A stretch of DNA of 64,000 nucleotides. Source: Gemmatimonadaceae bacterium (GTDB lineage Bacteria; Gemmatimonadota; Gemmatimonadetes; Gemmatimonadales; Gemmatimonadaceae). The notes below the pieces were generated by a model. That model saw only the letters and a list, made by a program, of their open reading frames with translations. It had not been told where the DNA came from and ran no database searches. Within the stretch, counting starts at the first letter, position 1, and the number at the start of each line of letters is the position of its first letter. A program made the position numbers and the translations under genes. Below are positions 1 to 7,339 of the stretch, in pieces. The stretch is from contig DASYSU010000256.1 in NCBI GenBank assembly GCA_036002925.1, positions 5,216-69,215 of the forward strand, written 5' to 3'.

Positions 1-21
1 GCGCGTGGGCCGCTGATCTTC

Positions 22-555
22 ATGGCGGCGATCAGCCTCATCGGCGTCGGTCTCATCATCCGCGATCTTCGCGCGAGCCGCGATCGCATTCGACCAATCG
101 TGTTTCTCGGCATGCTCGGCGAGGCGGCTCTGCTCGCGGCCGTGTTCGGGTTCGTCATTGGCATCACGACAGCGAAGCTCCTTGGCTCGCTCCACGCGCT
201 CAGCATCGGTCCCCTCGAGCAAACGAGTTGGACGACACGGCTGATGTTGTCGCTTGGGGCCGGACTCTACGAGGAACTTTTCTTCCGCGTGTTGCTCGTG
301 ACCGGAATCGCCGCCGGAGCGCGCGTAGTGCTCGGCTTGAGCCGACGTGCATCAGGAATCATCGCCGCGGTCGTCGGCGCGTTCATCTTTTCCGCGTTCC
401 ACTATATCGGACCGTATGGCGACCAGCTGCAGCTACAGTCGTTCGTCTTCCGGATGCTGAGCGGATTGGCGTTCAGCGCCTTGTATCTCTTGCGCGGCTT
501 CGGCATCACCGCGTGGACGCACTCGTTGTACGACGCCTTCCTGCTATTGGCGTAG
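22..555 (+). CDS. CPBP-family (CAAX/Abi-like) intramembrane glutamic endopeptidase
   Basis: Polytopic hydrophobic protein. It carries the family motifs EELFFRVLL (EExxxR), FSAFHY (FxxxH) and a distal His (TAWTHSLYD). The frame is open back to nt 1, so the true start may lie upstream of the window. Confidence 0.7.
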   Translation: MAAISLIGVGLIIRDLRASRDRIRPIVFLGMLGEAALLAAVFGFVIGITTAKLLGSLHALSIGPLEQTSWTTRLMLSLGAGLYEELFFRVLLVTGIAAGARVVLGLSRRASGIIAAVVGAFIFSAFHYIGPYGDQLQLQSFVFRMLSGLAFSALYLLRGFGITAWTHSLYDAFLLLA

Positions 556-1320
556 CAGCTCGGCGAATACGTCGACGGCGCGCGGATCGCCGGTCTGCCC
601 GAGCCAAAAGATCGCGGATCGACGGACCGACGCGTGCTTCGAGCTCCGAGAGAGCTCGATCAGCTCCGGCACGCTCTCGGCCTTTGGGCGCTGCGACAGC
701 ACGAAGACGGCTTGCGTTCGCATCTCGTCGTCCTCGGTATTGTCGCGCGTATCGGCGATGCCAAGATGATCATTCACGCCATTCGCAAGCCACGTGAGCG
801 CCGATCGCCGAACCTCACGCGGCCGACTGTCATCGCGTGCGACGCGGAGCAGCAGCGGCCACGGCTGCGGCGCGTCGGCGATGACGAGCGGCAGAATCGC
901 GTCTGACGCGACACGCCCGGTACCTCGCGTGGCGATCTCGCCCAGCCACGCCGCCGCGTCGCTCGCGCTGGCCATGATGGTTCGCGCGTCGGCCGACGTC
1001 GCTGGCACCGGTCCAACGTATGTGCGAAGACGCGTCACTTCGCGCCCGATGACTGTCGCGACGACGCGCGCTGGCCCATGCACACACGGCCGGTCGGACC
1101 AGCTCCCGTGCCCGTTGAACTGTACGTCGCCGCCGTAGTAGTTCGACCGGCCGAGCACGTTGCCGATCGTGCTCTGTCCGTCACCGCACACTCCCGGACG
1201 ACTCGGGAAGACAACTTGAATCAACCCGTCGGAAGCGGCGACTCGCTCGCCGAGCGATTGCGCAGCGGGCGAGACGAACGGCGCGAACAATAAGACCAGC
1301 GATGGCAGCATGCGGCGCAT
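544..1320 (-). CDS. Secreted HEAT-like repeat protein, paralog A
   Basis: N-terminal signal peptide (MRRMLPSLVLLFAPFVSPAAQ). Two-Cys N-domain with SRPGVCGD. Three C-terminal HEAT-like repeats: LTWLANG, VFVLSQRPK, IFWLGQTGD. Last gene of the ECF operon. Confidence 0.6.
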   Translation of the reverse strand: MRRMLPSLVLLFAPFVSPAAQSLGERVAASDGLIQVVFPSRPGVCGDGQSTIGNVLGRSNYYGGDVQFNGHGSWSDRPCVHGPARVVATVIGREVTRLRTYVGPVPATSADARTIMASASDAAAWLGEIATRGTGRVASDAILPLVIADAPQPWPLLLRVARDDSRPREVRRSALTWLANGVNDHLGIADTRDNTEDDEMRTQAVFVLSQRPKAESVPELIELSRSSKHASVRRSAIFWLGQTGDPRAVDVFAELLRQ

Positions 1321-1327
1321 GACAACC

Positions 1328-2080
1328 TCAACGCGTCAGAATATCCTGCAGAAACTTGATTGCTTTGGGCTCTCTCATTTGTCCGAGCCAGAACATCGCT
1401 TGCTTCCGGATTTCAGGATCAGAATCGTGCCGCGCAACATCGATCAATCCATCGACGGCCGCGTCTTCGTGCCGCTGTGACAGCACGAACGTGTAGTGCT
1501 GGCGCAGCGTGAGTGGTTTGAGGCTTTCGCGCAGGCGTACGAGATCCGCCGTCGGATAATCACTTTGGCCGAGCCAAAAGAGCGCTTGCTTGCGCCCTTC
1601 CATCGACGCGTCGTCGTCTCGAACCAATCGCAGAAGGCCGGGCGACTGATCGCCCGCATCGGCGAACGCCGCGGCGCTCACTGCGTCATCGGCGCTGTTC
1701 CCGCCGATCGTGTGGGCGAGACCGAGGAGATACTCGGCCGCATCGCTCGCGGAGACCTCGCCCAAATCCACGTCGCCTTGACCAACGCTCCACCGACCGC
1801 CGACTCGCGTCCGAATGCTCACGCTCTGCTTGTCCGCGCGACCGATCGCGACGCGCACGGGACTTCGAATACAAACGAACTCCCGGTCGCCCGTGGACCA
1901 CGTCTTTCGCGATCCCTGAATCCACATACTGCCCCGATCATCGCCGCAAACGCCCGGCCGCGAGGCGAATGTCATCAGCACTCGTCCGTCGCGCACCGCG
2001 TCGACGCGGCTCGCCAGCGATTGGCCGGCGAGCTGACTCGCCGCGACCGCGCTCGCGGCCAACCACGTCACGCTTCTCAT
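1328..2080 (-). CDS. Secreted HEAT-like repeat protein, paralog B
   Basis: Signal peptide present. It has the same SRPGVCGD two-Cys N-domain and the same repeat triplet (LFWLGQSDY, FVLSQRHE, MFWLGQMRE) as 544-1320. Its start overlaps the upstream stop (ATGA). Confidence 0.6.
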   Translation of the reverse strand: MRSVTWLAASAVAASQLAGQSLASRVDAVRDGRVLMTFASRPGVCGDDRGSMWIQGSRKTWSTGDREFVCIRSPVRVAIGRADKQSVSIRTRVGGRWSVGQGDVDLGEVSASDAAEYLLGLAHTIGGNSADDAVSAAAFADAGDQSPGLLRLVRDDDASMEGRKQALFWLGQSDYPTADLVRLRESLKPLTLRQHYTFVLSQRHEDAAVDGLIDVARHDSDPEIRKQAMFWLGQMREPKAIKFLQDILTR

Positions 2081-3423
2081 TTGTTGATCAGGTCGCGGAT
2101 GAACTGGCGAATGCGCGGATCGTTCTTCTGGCCGAGCCAGAACAACGCCTGCTTGCGCATCTCGATGTCGCCGTCGCCCTTGGCGATGGCCATGAGCTTG
2201 TCGACCGCGGCCGGCTCGCGCCGCTGCGAGAGAACGAAGATGACTTGCTTCTGCATCTCCTCGTCGCCCTTCGTTTGATCGTAGATCGACGAGACTTGAT
2301 CGAAATCGAACGTGCGCCGCTGCGACGCCCAGAAGAGCGCGTTCTTTCTTGTCTCGATGTCGAACGATTTGTCGCGCGCGATGTCGAGTAGCCAGCTCCC
2401 CGCCTCGGCTGACTGACTGTTCGAGACCGCCTGCACGATCTTCGATCGGATCTCGGCGTTCTTGGTCTTGCGGAACAGTGTCTTGAAGTAGTCGAGGTCG
2501 GCCACGCGTGCCTGACCGAGCCAGAACACCGCGTCGCCGCGCAACTCCTCCGACATGCTCTCATTCTCGGCCGCGCGCTTCAACACCTGTCGCGCACGCT
2601 CGTCCCTGTACTGCGATAGGGAGAAGATGGCCTTCTTCCGAATTTCCTCGTCGCGGCTTGACGACAAGATCGAGTCGAGCGCGGGAATCGCCTCGGCGGA
2701 TCGGGTCTGCGACAGCCAGAAGATCGCGTCTTGCCGTACGTCGCTACTCGGATCGTTTCGCGCAACCTCGAGCAACGTCGAGACGATGTCGGCGCCTTGC
2801 TTCTGCGAGATCATCCAGACCGCTTGCTTCCGGAGGGCTTCGCGACACGGGTCGCGCTGTTTCAGTACGTCCTTGAGGATAGGAACTGCATCCTGTGAGT
2901 TCATGCTCAAGAGCCCCTGCAATGCGGCCGAGCGCATCTCGTCATCGGCGTTGTTGCAGGCGTGGGCTTGGCGCAGTCGACCCACCGCCACGGCAATGTC
3001 GCCCGCCGCGTCGGCATCGCCGAGTTTTGCCTGCGCAGTACGAATCTGCCCGCGAAGCTCGGTAACGTCGCTCGCCATGGTCCCATTCTTGGCGTAGTTG
3101 CTGTTGTAGCGGTCGAGTGCCGCGAGCGCGTCGTCGAGTTCCGGCTTGCTACGATTGGTATTACCGAGTTGGTACAGCGCCCACGCGCGCCAGTAGAGCG
3201 CGTCGCCGGCACGGGCCGACGAGGGATATTTGTCGACGAGCTGCTTGAACAACGAGCTCGCCCGTCGATAGTCGCGATCGTTGAGTGCGGCGCGTCCGGC
3301 GCGGTACAGCGAGTCGGCCGCATCTTCGACCGCGACGCTGCCGGACGCGGCGCGCGCACGTTGGGCGTCGACCACGCCGGTCGTCAGCGCCAATGCACAC
3401 AGGACGTACAGGACCTTCTTCAT
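2077..3423 (-). CDS. Secreted TPR plus HEAT-like repeat protein (about 8 repeats)
   Basis: Signal peptide present. TPR-like N-terminus (LYRAGRAALNDRDYRRASSLFKQLVDKYPSS). About eight repeats of roughly 31 aa each carrying a (A/V)(I/L/V)FWL(G/S)Q or VIFVLSQRR core. Confidence 0.65.
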   Translation of the reverse strand: MKKVLYVLCALALTTGVVDAQRARAASGSVAVEDAADSLYRAGRAALNDRDYRRASSLFKQLVDKYPSSARAGDALYWRAWALYQLGNTNRSKPELDDALAALDRYNSNYAKNGTMASDVTELRGQIRTAQAKLGDADAAGDIAVAVGRLRQAHACNNADDEMRSAALQGLLSMNSQDAVPILKDVLKQRDPCREALRKQAVWMISQKQGADIVSTLLEVARNDPSSDVRQDAIFWLSQTRSAEAIPALDSILSSSRDEEIRKKAIFSLSQYRDERARQVLKRAAENESMSEELRGDAVFWLGQARVADLDYFKTLFRKTKNAEIRSKIVQAVSNSQSAEAGSWLLDIARDKSFDIETRKNALFWASQRRTFDFDQVSSIYDQTKGDEEMQKQVIFVLSQRREPAAVDKLMAIAKGDGDIEMRKQALFWLGQKNDPRIRQFIRDLINK

Positions 3424-3433
3424 TGTCGGATCC

Positions 3434-4234
3434 TCAGGTGCCCGCCGCGGAGTTCCGCGCGGAAGCAGTGCCGCGCAGCTTCGTGATGATGCCGCGCGTG
3501 GTGATCGATTGCTCGATGAGATCGAGGTCTTCGGAATTGTTGGTGCCGTGAGTGACGTACTGAACGATTTGCGCGATGACCAGGTCGAGGTCCTCGAGCA
3601 ATCGCTTCATTGTTGGGTCTTGGGTCGCGGCCGACGACTCGAGCATCCGCGTCGTGCTCAGCAACTCGCGCGACCACGTCGCGAGTTGCGCGTCCATCTC
3701 ACCGCGGCGCGCCGCGGTACGAAACGCCGTGATCATTGCCTCGCTGCCCGCGAGGTGCTGCAGCACCACGAGGTGATAGGCGAGGTTTCTCTCGGCCGGC
3801 GCGCCGGTGGTGCGGTCTTGCGCATTGGCCAACTCGTGGGCGCGGCGATTGGTATTGGTCGTCTGCTCGCGGAGTTTGCCGATGAGTGAATCGCGATTGG
3901 CGACCGTCGTCGCGGGAGCTGCCGTCGCGGAATCCCGAGTCGGTTGCGCGACACGTGGAGTCACGGCCACCGGAGCCACCGATGTGGGCGTCGCCCGCTC
4001 GACTCGCCGACCGATCGTGATACCGGCGGCGAGAATGAGGGCGGCAGCGATGCCGACGCTCGACCACATCCAGATCGGTCGTGACGGGCGCGTGTCATGC
4101 CGGACCGGAACGACCGGAGCCGCGCGACGGCTGGCCTGGATCCGCGCCCACATCTCGTCGCGCGGGACTGGGCCGGGCTCGTTGTAGTCGCGAGTGCCCT
4201 GCGCGAGCAACTCGTCGATGCGATCGTCATTCAT
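3434..4234 (-). CDS. Putative membrane-spanning anti-sigma factor
   Basis: ATGA overlap with the ECF sigma gene stop. Short cytoplasmic N-terminus, one TM helix (IWMWSSVGIAAALILAAGITIG), then an extracytoplasmic domain. Position and topology are typical of an anti-sigma factor. No family motif was recognised. Confidence 0.55.
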   Translation of the reverse strand: MNDDRIDELLAQGTRDYNEPGPVPRDEMWARIQASRRAAPVVPVRHDTRPSRPIWMWSSVGIAAALILAAGITIGRRVERATPTSVAPVAVTPRVAQPTRDSATAAPATTVANRDSLIGKLREQTTNTNRRAHELANAQDRTTGAPAERNLAYHLVVLQHLAGSEAMITAFRTAARRGEMDAQLATWSRELLSTTRMLESSAATQDPTMKRLLEDLDLVIAQIVQYVTHGTNNSEDLDLIEQSITTRGIITKLRGTASARNSAAGT

Positions 4235-4845
4235 GCGATGTGATCTCCAGCAAAAGCGGCCAGCGCGACGCGCAGCTTTGCCCGCGCATCGAACAGCCGG
4301 GCCTTCGACGTTCCGATGGGAATGCCGAGCGATCCGGCGATCTCTTCATGCGTGTAGCCCTCGACGTCGTGCATCACGAACACCGGACGCAGCTTTTCCG
4401 ATAGCGCGTCGATCGCCGCGTGCAACCGCGCCTTGAGGTCGCCCGTGAAGCGAAAAGCTTCAGCGGTGAGCGATGGTACGTCGTCAATCGTCTCCGTACG
4501 TCCTTGCATTCGTTTCACCTTTCTCATTCCGTTCAGCGCGACCGAGACGGCGATGGTATGGAGCCACGTCGCGAGCGACGAATCGCCGCGAAACTGCTCG
4601 AGCCGCTCGAACGCGCGGATAAAGGTTTCCTGGGTAAAGTCCGCCGCGAGGTCCCCGTCTCCCGCCATCCGATACATCAGCCGGTAGATTCGATCGACGT
4701 GCGCGTCATACAGCGCGCGTTCGGCGAGCACATCCTGGGCGAGGCACCGGGCCACCAGCTGGCGGTCGAGCAGCCGCGGGTGAGGTTGAGAGTTGGGCAG
4801 GGCGTCTGCGGCGTCGGTCACGACGAGAATACTGGACAAGTGCAC
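4231..4845 (-). CDS. ECF-type RNA polymerase sigma-70 factor
   Basis: Region 2 (DFTQETFIRAFERLEQFRGDSSLATWLHTIAVSVALNGMRK) and region 4 HTH (HDVEGYTHEEIAGSLGIPIGTSKARLFDARAKL) are both recognisable. Confidence 0.85.
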   Translation of the reverse strand: MHLSSILVVTDAADALPNSQPHPRLLDRQLVARCLAQDVLAERALYDAHVDRIYRLMYRMAGDGDLAADFTQETFIRAFERLEQFRGDSSLATWLHTIAVSVALNGMRKVKRMQGRTETIDDVPSLTAEAFRFTGDLKARLHAAIDALSEKLRPVFVMHDVEGYTHEEIAGSLGIPIGTSKARLFDARAKLRVALAAFAGDHIA

Positions 4846-4977
4846 CGTGGTTCAGAACCAACCCATAGACACGACGCGGTAGGGAAGGGTTGGGTTCTCA
4901 TTGGTTGCTGGTTACTGGCTGCTCGTTACTGGTAACCGGAACCAGCAGCCAGCAGGCAGCACCCAGAAGCCGAATTT

Positions 4978-5949
4978 CTACAGCACGGACGCGAACTCCC
5001 GGATAACGTCGGCGACCGTCTCAACCGAGTGAATCCCGACCACGCTCTTACCGGCCTGCCAATACTCGTTGGCCCCGGCGGAGCTGAGCGATGCCTTCTT
5101 GAGGCGTCGGAGCGAGGTCAACGCATAGATGCTTCGCATCCAGTATTTCATCTTCCGATGGCGAAGCATGAACCTGGCGATCGGCCCGGCGCGGGTCCCG
5201 AGGTTCCGTATGTACTGGTTGTTGATGACCGAGACAGGTAGCCCGGTGAGCCGCTCGGTGAGGACGATGTCCTCCGGATCAGCATCGACGATAGCTTGTT
5301 TGTAGTCTGGATGAGCCCGGCATTCGGCGGTCGCAATGAACCGCGTGCCCATTTGGACGCCGGCGTAGCCGAGGTCCATCATGCGCCTAAACGTCGCAGG
5401 ATCGCCGACGCCACCGGCGCATATCACGGGTAGGCCGAACCCGTTTACGTCGTCCAGAAGGGCTTCTGGAGACATTTTTCCGGCATGCCCACCGGCCACG
5501 TTGTTGACGGCAATAAGGCCTTGCACGCCGCCGTCCAGTGCCTTTTGCGCCCATTTCCGTTCAGTCACGTCGTGGTAAACGACGCCGTCCACTTGCCTCG
5601 CTTTGTCGACCACCCAACGTGGGTTGCCGAGCGAGGTGACGAAGAAACGGACGCCCTCTTCGAGTGAGATATCGACCCACTTTTCGAGCCGAGTGCGGTA
5701 GGCTTTGGACGACTGCTCGATCAGGGCGTTCACGCCAAAAGGGCGGGGTGTCAGTTTCCTGATGAGGCGAAGCCCTTCCCGATAATCGTGGCCGAACACG
5801 TAGGTCATCGACACGGGTTGGACCACACCGATCGCTCCGGCGTCGGACGCGGCAGCCACGAGCTCCGGGTTGGAGCACGGGTACATCGCGCCGCAGATGA
5901 TCGGCAGATCGATTCCAACCTGGCGCGTAAAGGCCGTTTCTCGCGTCAT
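4978..5949 (-). CDS. Nitronate monooxygenase / 2-nitropropane dioxygenase (NMO) family FMN oxidoreductase
   Basis: IICGAMYPCSNPELVAAASDAGAIGVVQ, VAGGHAGK and ICAGGVGDP motifs are typical of the NMO/FabK-like TIM-barrel family. Confidence 0.8.
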   Translation of the reverse strand: MTRETAFTRQVGIDLPIICGAMYPCSNPELVAAASDAGAIGVVQPVSMTYVFGHDYREGLRLIRKLTPRPFGVNALIEQSSKAYRTRLEKWVDISLEEGVRFFVTSLGNPRWVVDKARQVDGVVYHDVTERKWAQKALDGGVQGLIAVNNVAGGHAGKMSPEALLDDVNGFGLPVICAGGVGDPATFRRMMDLGYAGVQMGTRFIATAECRAHPDYKQAIVDADPEDIVLTERLTGLPVSVINNQYIRNLGTRAGPIARFMLRHRKMKYWMRSIYALTSLRRLKKASLSSAGANEYWQAGKSVVGIHSVETVADVIREFASVL

Positions 5950-6245
5950 CCGAAAGCGAAAGAGAGTATTGACAGCAAAATTCTGTCGCGAAAAGCTCTG
6001 TTGATAATCATGTGATGATGTAGTTCATAAGCTTCTCTCTACAGAGAAGTAAAAACATCACTTAGACCATACATCACAATTCGTACGATGCCGTGCACAG
6101 ACACGAATTCGCGAGAATACCAGTTGAGTCGAGCCGCTTGCGAATGAATTCGAGCGTGCGTCGCCGAAGCTTATGCGCTCTCGGTGAGTGATGATACGGG
6201 TCGACCGTCCAATGTCCGATCGCCGGCGCAGGCAACATCCCGTGG

Positions 6246-6491
6246 TCAAGTCAGGCCCGTCCGGCCACCACGGCCGAAGCCACATCCGCTTCGGCCGAAG
6301 CGTTCAGATCGCGACGCGCCTGCCAGCAACCAGTCAAGGAATCTGCCAAACGCGTCGGACGGATCGGCATGCCCAAATGGCTTGCTCACGCTGACGGTAC
6401 CGCGAACGGGCGCCGTCCAATTGTCTGCGGTGTCGCCCGCGATCGTCACCGCCACGACGGGCGCCAGACGCATGCGTTGCCGAATCGTCAA
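6246..6491 (-). pseudogene. Possible C-terminal remnant of an alpha/beta hydrolase, or a spurious ORF
   Basis: The 81-aa ORF contains APVVAVTIAGDTADNW...SKPFGHADPSDAFGRFLDWL. This resembles the last strand/His/helix region of alpha/beta hydrolases. No N-terminal nucleophile region exists upstream, because glpQ ends at 6520. Confidence 0.2.
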
Positions 6492-6519
6492 CGGCTGGCC
6501 GGGATCAGTCCGCTGCCCT

Positions 6520-7305
6520 TCAATTACCTAGCGCGACACGAACGCCCAGCATTGTCTCGGGGTCGTCGCTGATGATGCCGTTGATTCCAGCCGACCAGAG
6601 GCCACGGGCAACTGAGGGATCGTTCACCGTCCAGACATGAGTCGGCACGCCGCGCTGGCGGACGAGCTTCGCCATTCGTCGTACCGGGATTGGAATGCCC
6701 TTGTACCATGGCGGGATGCAGAGCGCCGAGTAGGGCAGCGAAGTGGGGGCGCTCCCAACGAACGCGCGTGGAAGAAGTCCGAGCACGTCATCGAAACAGG
6801 CGCCGGTGAGGACGGGCACTCTGCGAAAGGGCGTCAGCGCTTCGAGCTCCATTGAGTCCAAGAGCACCCGGTCGCTCGCTCCATGTGACTCGATCGCCCG
6901 CCGCGCTGGCTCCGACGCCGCGGCGAGCTTGAGCTCGATCAACAGCGGGATCGACCGGTAGCGCTCGAGTAGCTCGTCGAACGTGAGGATCTGAAGACCG
7001 CGCCCGCGCCAAGGGAACGTTCGGCCGTCGGGTGTGAACCTGGCGCCCGCGTCCAGCGCCTTGAGCTCCGTCAGGGTCAGCTCAGCGACCGCGCCGGTGC
7101 CCTCAGTCGTCCGATCGACGGTCGGGTCATGGATGACGACGGCGACGCCGTCGCGCGAGACGCGCAGATCGAATTCGATGGCATCGACGCCCAGAGAGAG
7201 GGCGTAATCGAAGCTCGCCGCCGTGTTCTCGGGGAAGCGTGCCGCGGCCCCGCGATGGCCGATGACGATACGCGCGGCGGGGTCGCTGAGCACGTTCATG
7301 CCCAA
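6520..7305 (-). CDS. glpQ: Glycerophosphodiester phosphodiesterase
   Basis: IGHRGAAARFPENTAASFDYALSLGVDAIEFDLRVSRDGVAVVIHD is the canonical GDPD active-site region (HR...EN...E.D). Confidence 0.85.
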   Translation of the reverse strand: MGMNVLSDPAARIVIGHRGAAARFPENTAASFDYALSLGVDAIEFDLRVSRDGVAVVIHDPTVDRTTEGTGAVAELTLTELKALDAGARFTPDGRTFPWRGRGLQILTFDELLERYRSIPLLIELKLAAASEPARRAIESHGASDRVLLDSMELEALTPFRRVPVLTGACFDDVLGLLPRAFVGSAPTSLPYSALCIPPWYKGIPIPVRRMAKLVRQRGVPTHVWTVNDPSVARGLWSAGINGIISDDPETMLGVRVALGN

Positions 7306-7339
7306 CGACCCCGCCGCATTGTTCGCATTGCCTTGACGA

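Noticed and set aside
4846-4977. An ECF autoregulatory promoter and a terminator hairpin between the NMO gene and the sigma gene.
   Set aside because: An imperfect hairpin (CTGGCTGCT...AGCAGCCAG) exists but has no T-run. A TGAACC element is present, but the distance to the nearest CGTC is about 24 nt, which is too long for the usual ECF -35/-10 spacing.
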